Counted from the stretch's first letter, positions 8,736 to 16,888 are shown. The stretch is DNA of 18,525 nt from Verrucomicrobiota bacterium (GCA_038214755.1 JBBQRQ010000101.1:1-18525), one strand, 5' to 3'. The notes: generated by a model from the sequence alone, not told the origin. Program-made: numbers and translations.

Positions 8736-8832
8736 ATTCGATGTTGAGCGCGTTCGATGTGGGTTGTTCGATGTTCGAGAAATTAAAATTAAACAACACT
8801 GAACATCGAACACAGAACATCCAACATCGAAA
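8736..8832. repeat. Inverted array of approximately 7-nt units (TCGATGT...ACATCGA) around an AT-rich spacer
   Basis: Left ttcgatgttgagcgcgttcgatgtgggttgttcgatgttcga; right aacactgaacatcgaacacagaacatccaacatcgaa. Confidence 0.75.
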
Positions 8833-8954
8833 TAAAAAATTCGCCTGTCGATTCACGCGTCTCGCGGGAATCTTTTGGTCTCTCTTTTGCCGGATTATTT
8901 TTTCAGCAAAATCCCTTCTTTGCAATTTCCCACCAACGCCGTTTGATTATTCAC

Positions 8955-9164
8955 ATGGCTACAAAAGCAAAAACGAAAACCCCAAGAAAGGTCAGCAGCA
9001 AACGCGAACTCATCGACACCGGCACGGACAAGCGATTTGTGCGCAGGGATGCAGGCGGGCAGTTCAAAGAATCCGATGATGTTGGGCGTTCCCTGGCCGG
9101 TGACCGCAGAACCAAGGCCAAGACCAAAATCAAATCAGGCCAAGGCGACAAGGGCGACCGTTAA
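8955..9164 (+). CDS. Small basic conserved hypothetical protein (69 aa)
   Basis: RELIDTGTDKRFVRRD.GQFKESDDVGRSL..DRR...GQGDKGD resembles a widespread uncharacterised small-protein family; ATG at 8955. Confidence 0.8.
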   Translation: MATKAKTKTPRKVSSKRELIDTGTDKRFVRRDAGGQFKESDDVGRSLAGDRRTKAKTKIKSGQGDKGDR

Positions 9165-9394
9165 GCATTCCGCAGTCTTGGTCGTCCTGGATTGAAAACT
9201 GGTCGCGACAAGTGGATGTCCGAGCGGACAATCAATCCGCAGAGGATTTTACGCGAACCACTCGCGTTAGTCCTATTTCACCAATTCGCATCTGTCGCCG
9301 TTGATGCCGCTTTCTCATATCCTTCCTTCCAACCAGCTGTTTTCATTTTGCAATCGCCTAAGTGACAAAACGGCGAATGTGACGCGCACGTCTC

Positions 9395-10288
9395 TTGGTT
9401 GAGTCGAAAAAATTGACGCGCACATGCTTTTTGCCGAACACTTGGCTGTTGAATTCCACGCGATCAATCCAACTGCGATTTTTGCCAGTCTCCAAACCGT
9501 TGGTCAAAAAATTCAGCACTGATTTTTTTCGATCTATCCCGAAATCGCCCGGCGTTTATTTGATGAAAGACGCGCGTGACGAGCTCCTTTACGTCGGAAA
9601 ATCGGTCAATTTGCGGCAGCGGGTTTCCAGCTATCGCTATTTGCGTCCAGAAAAGCATTCACGAAAATTGATTCGGCTCATCCATGAAGTTAGCCGGATT
9701 TCGTGGGAGATTTGTAAATCGGATTCGGACGCCCAGCTTCGAGAAAATTATTTTCTTCGCACCCATCGTCCAAAATTCAACAAGCTCAACACTTATCCAA
9801 AAGCTTATTTCTTCATCGCCATTTCCGAGGCTAAACACGGCTTCGATCTTTCCTTGACCCGCAACCGCACCACCGTCAGTCAGGTTTACGGCGCATTCAA
9901 AGTTTCGGCGATGCATGTTTTTGCGGCCTTGCTCCGATGGCTTTGGATCATCATCAAACGTCCCGTGTCGGCCGATGATTTCGCTTCTCGCATGTTCACC
10001 TCTCGCCTTCGGCAATTTTTCTTTTCCAAGTCATCACTCTTGGAAGCTGTAACGGCCTTTCTCGACGGAAGATCAAAAGCTCTGCTCGACCTTATCCCAT
10101 CGGAATGTGCATTTGTGAAAACCGGGTTTGGCGATAAGTTGGTGGCGTCGGACTTGCAAATCTTGTCACACTTCTTTGAAACCTCCTGCCGACGTAACCG
10201 GGAATTCCGCAGCCGGTTTGAAATTTCCTCCCCCATCATTTCACCGGAAGAATTGGACGACCTCGTTGTTCTCAGTCGCTTCTCGTAA
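9395..10288 (+). CDS. GIY-YIG nuclease, UvrC N-terminal/Cho-like
   Basis: PKSPGVYLMKD...LLYVGKSVNLRQRVSSY...ENYFLRTHRPKFN; no UvrC RNase H or HhH half. The start is uncertain and may be TTG 9449. Confidence 0.85.
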   Translation: MVESKKLTRTCFLPNTWLLNSTRSIQLRFLPVSKPLVKKFSTDFFRSIPKSPGVYLMKDARDELLYVGKSVNLRQRVSSYRYLRPEKHSRKLIRLIHEVSRISWEICKSDSDAQLRENYFLRTHRPKFNKLNTYPKAYFFIAISEAKHGFDLSLTRNRTTVSQVYGAFKVSAMHVFAALLRWLWIIIKRPVSADDFASRMFTSRLRQFFFSKSSLLEAVTAFLDGRSKALLDLIPSECAFVKTGFGDKLVASDLQILSHFFETSCRRNREFRSRFEISSPIISPEELDDLVVLSRFS

Positions 10289-10393
10289 TCGCACGCTCAA
10301 TGGGAGTCGCGCCGGTTAGCTTGAGCAACTGCGTCTCGCGTTTCCAAATCTTGGAGAGAACCCGGGTTTACGTTTTATTGTAAATATTGAATT

Positions 10394-10481
10394 TGGTGCC
10401 GGTGGTGGGACTCGAACCCACACGACTTTTTACGGTCCCAGGATTTTAAGTCCTGTGCGTCTGCCATTTCGCCACACCGGC
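10394..10481 (-). tRNA. tRNA-Leu (TAA)
   Basis: Reverse complement GCCGGTG TGGCGAAATGGCAGACGCA CAGGA CTTAAAA TCCTG, long variable arm, GTGGG TTCGAGT CCCAC CACCGGC ACCA. Confidence 0.97.
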
Positions 10482-10639
10482 AACTACAGCGTAAATATTT
10501 TTCTCCGTCTTACGGACTGCACATCGGAGTGTTACGCGAGAGGCTGGCGCTTACGCCAGATGGAAGTTCCCTCCCAAAAATCCAAGGTCGGTTACAAGTA
10601 TCCGAAGGACGGCGAGCGACGCAAGGGACGATTTGCCCG

Positions 10640-10843
10640 CGGGTGTGATTAAAAGCAGGTGAGGTTGGAACCGATCTTATTTTGGACTGCGGGGACACGT
10701 CCCCGCTTTGGCGGCCCGATGGAAAAGCCGGGAAGGTTCATTTTGAGCACTTTCTCTATCGGGTAAAGCGCAGGAAAAGCGGCGTCATGCCGCCGCAGTC
10801 CAAGGAAACCAAAGCCCGCCTCACCCGCTTTTAATCACACCCG
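10640..10843. mobile_element. MITE-like element: 25-bp terminal inverted repeats enclosing a REP-like doublet
   Basis: CGGGTGTGATTAAAAGCAGGTGAGG (10640-10664) matches the reverse complement of 10819-10843 at 24/25. Inner inverted 28-mers lie at 10682-10709 and 10776-10803. Confidence 0.7.
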
Positions 10844-10913
10844 AAGCTCCAAACGAATTCAACTTTTCCATTGCCGAAAAAAATAATGCGGCCACATATT
10901 TCGACTTCAACAT

Positions 10914-12263
10914 ATGTCACTCAAAACTTCGTTCCCCAATCCGCCATCGCCAGAAGAACCCGGCGCAACTTTAACCCGCCGCCATTTTTTGAAAGGCGCT
11001 TCGGCTGCCACCGGCCTGACCTTGATGGGCGGGTTGGGCATCGAACGCTCTGCCTACGCCGCCGGAGATGACCTCATCAAAATCGCTCTCATCGGCTGTG
11101 GCGGGCGGGGCACTGGCGCGGCGAGCCAGGCGCTCAGCACTGCGGGAAAAATAAAACTGGTCGCGATGGCCGACACGTTTGACAACCGACTGCAAGCCAG
11201 CCGTGACATTTTGAAAAAAGAACACGGCGACAAAGTGGACGTGCCGAAAGACCGGCAGTTTCTTGGATTTGACGGTTACAAAAAAGCCATCGAACTGGCG
11301 GATGTCGTCCTCCTCGCCACGCCTCCCGGATTTCGTCCGATGCATTTTGAAGAAGCGGTGCGCCAGGGGAAAAACGCTTTCATGGAAAAACCGCTGGCGA
11401 CCGACGCGCCGGGCATTCATCGCTTGCTCGCGGCCAATGCCGAGGCGAAAAAAAAGGGGTTGAAAGTCGCCGTCGGTTTTCAACGTCACCATCAACCCAG
11501 CTACATCGAAACTATCAAACGCATTCACGACGGACAGATTGGCGACCTGTTGACCTTGCGTTGTTATTGGCGCGGCGGTTCGCGCGGAGGTGAAGAAAAA
11601 TTGCCGGGCGAGACTGAAATGCAATATCAGATTCGTAACTGGTATTTTTTCACCTATCTCTCCGGCGATCACATCGTCGAGCAACACGTCCACAACATCG
11701 ATGTTTGCAACTGGATCAAAGGCGCGCATCCGATTCGCGCCCACGGGTTGGGTGGACGGCAGGTCCGCACGACCAAAGAACACGGCCAAATTTTCGATCA
11801 TCATTCCGTCGAGTTTGAATATGCCGATGGCGCGCGCCTGTTCAGCGCCTGCAGCCAGATTCCCCAGTTGTGGCATACGGTCGCGGAAAGTGCGACGGGC
11901 ACAAAAGGTTCGGCCAGTTTGGGAGAGAACCGGGCTTTTGAAATCACCGGCCAAAATCCCTGGCGTTATGGAAAAAAAAGTTCGCAGCAAAACGCGTTTC
12001 AATTCGAACACGACGATTTCTTCGACGCCATTCGTAACAACAAGACTTACAACGAAGCGGAGTATGGGATCATGAGCACCATGACCGCGATCATGGGGCG
12101 CATGGCGACTTACTCTGGAAAATTGATCGAGTGGGACGAGGCGTTTAATTCCAAACTCCAACTCGTTCCGAAAACTTTTTCCTGGGAAATGGAACCGCCG
12201 GTCAAACCGGATGCAAATGGATTTTATCCCGTGGCGATGCCAGGAAAAACGATGGCGCTTTAG
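10914..12263 (+). CDS. Gfo/Idh/MocA family oxidoreductase, Tat-exported
   Basis: TRRHFLK signal, IALIGCGGRG Rossmann motif, LATPPGFRPMH, MEKP and GDHIVEQHVHNID. Confidence 0.93.
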   Translation: MSLKTSFPNPPSPEEPGATLTRRHFLKGASAATGLTLMGGLGIERSAYAAGDDLIKIALIGCGGRGTGAASQALSTAGKIKLVAMADTFDNRLQASRDILKKEHGDKVDVPKDRQFLGFDGYKKAIELADVVLLATPPGFRPMHFEEAVRQGKNAFMEKPLATDAPGIHRLLAANAEAKKKGLKVAVGFQRHHQPSYIETIKRIHDGQIGDLLTLRCYWRGGSRGGEEKLPGETEMQYQIRNWYFFTYLSGDHIVEQHVHNIDVCNWIKGAHPIRAHGLGGRQVRTTKEHGQIFDHHSVEFEYADGARLFSACSQIPQLWHTVAESATGTKGSASLGENRAFEITGQNPWRYGKKSSQQNAFQFEHDDFFDAIRNNKTYNEAEYGIMSTMTAIMGRMATYSGKLIEWDEAFNSKLQLVPKTFSWEMEPPVKPDANGFYPVAMPGKTMAL

Positions 12264-12290
12264 CCTGATTGGCAGTGGCCTGATTTGACT

Positions 12291-12367
12291 GGAGCGCGGC
12301 GGTGGCAAAACCCGCCGCCGCATTTTCAACGCGCTGCGGCTGGTCGAGGACGACACAGCCGCGCTCC
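12291..12367. repeat. REP-like palindrome between convergent genes (possible bidirectional terminator)
   Basis: GGAGCGCGGC ... GCCGCGCTCC outer arms with two internal GC hairpins (gcggcggtgg..ccgccgc and gcggctg..cagccgc). Confidence 0.7.
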
Positions 12368-12383
12368 GCAAATTTCAAATCAC

Positions 12384-12599
12384 TTATTCCCTGCGAAAGA
12401 AACGCAGGATGATTGTCAGCAGCAGGCTCAAGAGCAAACCGGTCGCCAGTGGGAAATAAAATTTGACGTTCCCTTTCTCAAAATGAAAATCGCCGGGAAG
12501 GCGGCCAAGCCAGTTTCTTCCCATCCCAGACCAAAGAAATATTCCCACGACGGCGATCGCGCCGCCGACTATGACCAGCATTTTGCCCGCATCGTTCAT
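12384..12599 (-). CDS. DUF2905 small membrane protein
   Basis: GKMLVIVGG...LGRLPGDFHFEKGNVKFYFPLATGLLLSLLLT; ATG at 12599. Confidence 0.9.
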   Translation of the reverse strand: MNDAGKMLVIVGGAIAVVGIFLWSGMGRNWLGRLPGDFHFEKGNVKFYFPLATGLLLSLLLTIILRFFRRE

Positions 12600-12606
12600 C
12601 GCAGGA

Positions 12607-14550
12607 CTATGGCACAGCAGATAATTTTTCGAAACTCTCCTCGATGAAAGTGGTGTTTTGAATCCGGGCGAGTCGGGCGTAAAGACCATCGCATTCGAGC
12701 AATTCGGAATGCGTGCCGCGCTCAATGATCTCTCCATGACGCATGACGAGAATTTGGTCGGCATTTCGAATCGTGCTCAAGCGATGGGCAATGACGAAGC
12801 TCGTGCGATTGGTCATCAATCGAGCGAGCGCTTCCTGAATTAATTTTTCAGTCGCGGTGTCAACGCTGGCCGTCGCTTCATCGAGAATTAATATTGGGGC
12901 ATTTTTCAAAAGCGCGCGGGCGATGCTGACGCGTTGTTTCTCGCCGACGCTGAGTTTCACGCCACGCTCGCCCACTCGCGCATCGTAGCCTTGGGGCAAG
13001 CGCGTGATGAACTCGTGACAATTGGCGGCGCGAGCGGCGGCGAACAATTCGTCCTCAGTCGCGTCGAGTCGCCCATACAAAATATTTTCGCGGATGGTCC
13101 CGTTGAACAAAAACGCCTCCTGCGAAACGACGCTGATTTGCGCGCGCAAAGATCTCAGCGAGACTTCGGCGATGTTCTGTCCATCAATCGTAATGCGGCC
13201 GGAAGTCGTTTCGTAAAATGCCGTCAACAGATTGACTAACGTCGATTTCCCCGCGCCCGTCGGCCCGACCAGCGCAATCATTTCTCCAGGCTCCGCGTGC
13301 AAAGAAATATTGTGAAGCACGTAGCCGCCGACGTGAGGAGGCGGAGTGACTTTTTTGGCATCCGATGAATCCGTCCGCCTCCTCCCGTCGGCGGCTACGT
13401 TGTCAGAGGGCAATCGCGTCAGATCGTCAATGACAGTTTTATTTTCGCCGTAACTGAAGCTGACGTTTTGATAGACCACTGCGCCTCGACAGGGTGTTTG
13501 AAGATTTTTCAATCGACCAGAGCCGGCCCGTTCAATTTCGGAATCCAAAATATCAAAAACGCGTTCACCGGCGGCGCGGGCGGCTTGCAACATTTGATTC
13601 AATCCGTGCAAACGGCTGATCGGATCGTAAAACAACGCGAGATAAAAAAGAAAACCGATCAATTGGCCAATCGTCATTTCTCCCTGGAGAACTTGAGCGC
13701 CGCCCACCCACAAAACCAAACCCATGCCGAGGGACGCGGCGAAACCCATCGCCGGTGAATACGCCGCCCAGACGCGCATTATGCCCAAAGAGCCAGTGCG
13801 CAAATCATCGGCGCGCTCCGCGAACCGAATATCTTCGTGCGGTTCGCGCGCGAAGGATTTGATCTGGCGAACCCCTTGCAGATTGTCCATGAGCAACGCA
13901 TTCATCGCGCTCGACGCTTCGCGTTGCGCGCGGTAGCGCCGATGCGCGGTCAGCGTGTACCAGAGTCCGCCGCCAGTCAGAATCGGCAGCGGAACCAGCG
14001 CGACCCATGCGAGCATCGCGTTGGTGAAAAAAAGGACCGTCAACACCCCGATGATCGCCAGCACGGCGACGGTGCCTTGCTCAGTTCCATCGATCAAAAG
14101 GCGCTCAACGGAATTCACGTCTTCAATCACGCGCGTCATCAAATCGCCGGAAGCGCGTTGATCAAAATAATTGACGGGCAGCCGTTGCAGTCGGGAATAG
14201 ACTTCGCGGCGCATGTCGAAAATCACATTTTGCTCGAAGGTGTTGTTGATGCGAATGCGAATGCTGTTGAAAATTTCCCGCAGCAAAAATGAGCCGAGCA
14301 GGCCGAGCATGACCGGCGCGAGCAAGGCTGATTTTTTTTGCCCAATAATTTCATCAATAATAATTCGCGTCAGCCACGGATAGGCGAAGGAAAAAGCGAG
14401 CGACATCATCGCGCAAAAAATTGTGCCGATCGCCATGAGCTTGTAAGGCTTCAAATAAATGGCGACACGGCGGACGATTTCCCAGGTCGAGCGGGATTTG
14501 GATTTGAACGATGGATCGGAGTTGGCGGAAAGATTCGGATGTCGCGACAT
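12607..14550 (-). CDS. ABC exporter (fused TMD+NBD, MsbA/MdlB-like) with an in-frame palindrome-derived insert
   Basis: N-terminal multi-pass membrane domain; Walker A GPTGAGKST, signature LSVGEKQR, Walker B ILILDE, IAHRLST. About 38 extra aa lie between FSYGENKT and VLHNISL. Confidence 0.95.
   Translation of the reverse strand: MSRHPNLSANSDPSFKSKSRSTWEIVRRVAIYLKPYKLMAIGTIFCAMMSLAFSFAYPWLTRIIIDEIIGQKKSALLAPVMLGLLGSFLLREIFNSIRIRINNTFEQNVIFDMRREVYSRLQRLPVNYFDQRASGDLMTRVIEDVNSVERLLIDGTEQGTVAVLAIIGVLTVLFFTNAMLAWVALVPLPILTGGGLWYTLTAHRRYRAQREASSAMNALLMDNLQGVRQIKSFAREPHEDIRFAERADDLRTGSLGIMRVWAAYSPAMGFAASLGMGLVLWVGGAQVLQGEMTIGQLIGFLFYLALFYDPISRLHGLNQMLQAARAAGERVFDILDSEIERAGSGRLKNLQTPCRGAVVYQNVSFSYGENKTVIDDLTRLPSDNVAADGRRRTDSSDAKKVTPPPHVGGYVLHNISLHAEPGEMIALVGPTGAGKSTLVNLLTAFYETTSGRITIDGQNIAEVSLRSLRAQISVVSQEAFLFNGTIRENILYGRLDATEDELFAAARAANCHEFITRLPQGYDARVGERGVKLSVGEKQRVSIARALLKNAPILILDEATASVDTATEKLIQEALARLMTNRTSFVIAHRLSTIRNADQILVMRHGEIIERGTHSELLECDGLYARLARIQNTTFIEESFEKLSAVP
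13321..13398. repeat. GTAG-type REP doublet, intragenic copy (78 nt = 26 codons)
   Basis: GTAGCCGCCGACGTGAGGAGGCGGA-N28-TCCGCCTCCTCCCGTCGGCGGCTAC; the arms match at 24/25. Confidence 0.95.
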
Positions 14551-14642
14551 GAATTTTAGATAGTCGCGAATTTGTAGCTCAGAAACGAAAAAGATTCAAA
14601 GCGCATTCGCCTATAATTGGATTCAGAAGTCTGGTGATACGC

Positions 14643-14712
14643 GTAGCCGCCGACGTGAGGAGGCGGAGTTCGGCTGAAAACCACGGATCCGCCTCCTCAC
14701 GTCGGCGGCTAC
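14643..14712. repeat. GTAG-type REP doublet, intergenic copy
   Basis: GTAGCCGCCGACGTGAGGAGGCGGA-N20-TCCGCCTCCTCACGTCGGCGGCTAC; perfect 25-bp inverted arms. Confidence 0.95.
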
Positions 14713-14741
14713 AATTTATGAAACCGCGTCTAATTTAATTC

Positions 14742-15632
14742 GTGCAAATTTATCGCGAATTATTAGCCTACGATGGCGTGACTGGGAAAATTGATACGAA
14801 GCAAATTGGCGAGGCGCAACGGGAGGTGCATTCGATTTACACCGCGCTGTTCCCTCACGGCGATGAGTTGTTTGTGCCGAGAGTTTTCGGGTGGACCCAC
14901 GATTTTTTCTCCGGGAAATATGGCGACTACCAGCCGATCGACGCGCGCTACCACAATTTGGAACACACGCTACAGGTGACCTTGTGCATGACTCGATTGT
15001 TGCGCGGAAGACATCGCGCCGCGGCACGGCCGGCCATCACTCAAAAAATGTTTGAACTGGGGCTGCTGGCGATTTTATTGCACGACACAGGTTATTTGAA
15101 AAAGCGAGACGACAACGAAGGCACTGGAGCCAAATACACTTTGATTCATGTCGATCGCAGCATCGAATTCGCGGCGCAACTTTTGTATGAAAAAAGTTTT
15201 GCTCCATCGGAAATCAAGGCGGTGCAAAACATGATTCGTTGCACTGGAGTGAATGTGAATCTGGCTGCCCTTATGTTTCAAAGTGAGGAAGAAAAGATGG
15301 CGGGCTTCGCGCTGGGCACGGGCGATTTGCTCGGGCAGATGGCGGCCAAAGATTACATCGAAAAACTGCCGATACTTTATGAAGAATTTGCTGAAGCTTA
15401 TCGTTTTGGCGCGGGCAACACCGCGTTTGAAAAAGTGTTCGAGAGCGCGGAGGATTTGCTCCGAAAAACTCCGGACTTCTGGGAGAACTATGTGAAGCCG
15501 CGAATCGAAAATGATTTCCTGGGGCTTTATCGCTTTTTGAACGAGCCGTATCCCGACGGAAAAAACTGCTACATCGAACGCATCGAAAAAAATATGTCAC
15601 GGCTGCGCCGCCCGCTTGGCCAATCGCCATAA
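14742..15632 (+). CDS. HD-domain metal-dependent phosphohydrolase
   Basis: YHNLEHT...ILLHDTGY...HVDRS...GDLLGQMA pattern. Confidence 0.85.
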   Translation: MQIYRELLAYDGVTGKIDTKQIGEAQREVHSIYTALFPHGDELFVPRVFGWTHDFFSGKYGDYQPIDARYHNLEHTLQVTLCMTRLLRGRHRAAARPAITQKMFELGLLAILLHDTGYLKKRDDNEGTGAKYTLIHVDRSIEFAAQLLYEKSFAPSEIKAVQNMIRCTGVNVNLAALMFQSEEEKMAGFALGTGDLLGQMAAKDYIEKLPILYEEFAEAYRFGAGNTAFEKVFESAEDLLRKTPDFWENYVKPRIENDFLGLYRFLNEPYPDGKNCYIERIEKNMSRLRRPLGQSP

Positions 15633-15643
15633 GTCGGACAAGG

Positions 15644-15739
15644 GATTTGGTAAATCACTCGATAATCGCCGATTCGAATTCGCCGCGCATCGTAATCGCT
15701 GACGGGAAAGGCTCAAGCGGAAAGGGCGGCCAGCGTCCA
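15644..15739 (-). pseudogene. Internal fragment of a RelE/ParE-family toxin
   Basis: Minus strand encodes YDARRIRIGDYRVIYQI (15694-15644), preceded across frame changes by ALSA/EPFPS; this matches the RelE L..nP.P.G...yRiRvGDYRviY.I consensus. Confidence 0.65.
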
Positions 15740-16612
15740 TCAAGATTCTGCTTCCGGCTTTTGCGACCACGATTTCTTTTGCTCGGCCTTGAGCCGTTTC
15801 TTTTCCCGACCCTCGACTTTTTTGATGCTCTCGGCCACTGGCAAATTCTCCGGCATCGTGCCGCCCAGTTCGTGAATCGTCTGGCGGACTTTTCGACCGA
15901 CCTCGTTATGAATCCGGTTCGCGTGATCTTTATTCCACACATTTTCGCGGCGCAACTTTTCTTCAGTCTGTGTGGCGCGGAAAAGATTCGCCGCCAATTC
16001 CGTGCTACCCATGTGGTCGAGAACATGTTCCTTGGACTTGAGCCGTTTGCGCTCATGGATGTCGCGCATCCCCAACCCGCCGTAAAGTCCGCGATAGCCG
16101 TGATCCATGAAAATGGCGTAGTCGAGTGGCTGGACAACTCCAGCTTGTTTAGCCACACCTGCGAGATTTTTGTTGTGCTTCTTCATCTCGGCGCGCAACA
16201 ACAGGCGCGTCTTGTCTTCTTTCAACGCTTCTTGATCGGCCATTTCCTGCCGTCGCGTTTGCACAGCAAAATAAGTCTGGCCCAGCGCGACTAGCGGTTT
16301 GCTCGGATCAGCGTTTTGAATGACGAGGTAACAGGCGTAGCGGGAAAGCGCCCAATCTTCCAACTCGCGTTGCGCGCCCGAACCGATGCTGACCATTTCG
16401 TTGATATCAACGAAATGGTCGGAAACCGTGTGGCCGCTCTTCGCGCAGGCTTCGCGCGCCTTAGCGATGACGGCGATGAAATTGCGGAAGTCGGTGTATT
16501 CCAGAACGCGAGCCAATTCGCGCGCCGACCAGAATTCCGCACCGGATGGGTTCACTCGTTTGATCCGCTCGAAAGTATTGCTGGCGGCGGGAACAGGCAG
16601 TTGGTCGCTCAT
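15740..16612 (-). CDS. dinD: DNA damage-inducible protein D
   Basis: FERIK...EFWSAREL...LSRYACYLVIQNADPSK...GQTYFAVQTRRQE...GYRGLYGG...LDHMGSTELAANLFRATQTEEKL...GGTMPENLP. Confidence 0.95.
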   Translation of the reverse strand: MSDQLPVPAASNTFERIKRVNPSGAEFWSARELARVLEYTDFRNFIAVIAKAREACAKSGHTVSDHFVDINEMVSIGSGAQRELEDWALSRYACYLVIQNADPSKPLVALGQTYFAVQTRRQEMADQEALKEDKTRLLLRAEMKKHNKNLAGVAKQAGVVQPLDYAIFMDHGYRGLYGGLGMRDIHERKRLKSKEHVLDHMGSTELAANLFRATQTEEKLRRENVWNKDHANRIHNEVGRKVRQTIHELGGTMPENLPVAESIKKVEGREKKRLKAEQKKSWSQKPEAES

Positions 16613-16619
16613 GAATTTA

Positions 16620-16648
16620 TTTATACTCGAAGCCTCGGCTCAAATGAA
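16620..16648 (-). promoter_or_regulatory. Putative sigma70 promoter giving a leaderless dinD transcript
   Basis: Minus strand TTCATT-N17-TATAAA-N7-ATG, with no Shine-Dalgarno sequence. Confidence 0.45.
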
Positions 16649-16888
16649 GATTGAATTGTTCACCGAGCCGCGCAAAAGCGTCGCGCCCTTGAGATTTTCT
16701 TTTTTGGATTGCGCATCGCGAATCGCTTCAATCTCAGCGTGCGGCCCGCCTGCGGGCGCAGTCCGTCCACGACCAAGAATGCGTCCGCCTTTGACCAGCA
16801 TCGCGCCAACTGCCGGATTGGGCGAAGTCGTTCCCAAGCCGCGCCGCGCAAGGCGATGGGCGAGGCGCATGAAATCGATGTCCGTCAT
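16640..16888 (-). pseudogene. ribD: 5' fragment of riboflavin biosynthesis deaminase/reductase
   Basis: MTDIDFMRLAHRLARRGLGTTSPNPAVGAMLVK...GGPHAE...LKGATL, then similarity ends at about 16677. The expected YVTLEPC...PC segment and the reductase domain are absent in all frames. Confidence 0.85.

Noticed and set aside
8736..8832. CRISPR array or integron attC interpretation of the repeats
   Set aside because: There are no regularly spaced identical direct repeats with unique spacers, no cas or integrase gene, and no convincing RYYYAAC/GTTRRRY ends.
8635..9079. ORFs crossing 8635-9079 and the extension of the cytochrome ORF to 8813
   Set aside because: They derive from the heptamer repeat; the signal peptide begins at ATG 8621.
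1197..10481. Integrated element bounded by the two tRNAs
   Set aside because: No duplicated tRNA 3' end, integrase or phage genes were seen, and most of the interval has host-like composition.
16613..16680. LexA box upstream of dinD or the GIY-YIG gene
   Set aside because: Only isolated TGTTC/GAACA half-sites are present; no complete TGTTC-N4-GAACA palindrome was found.
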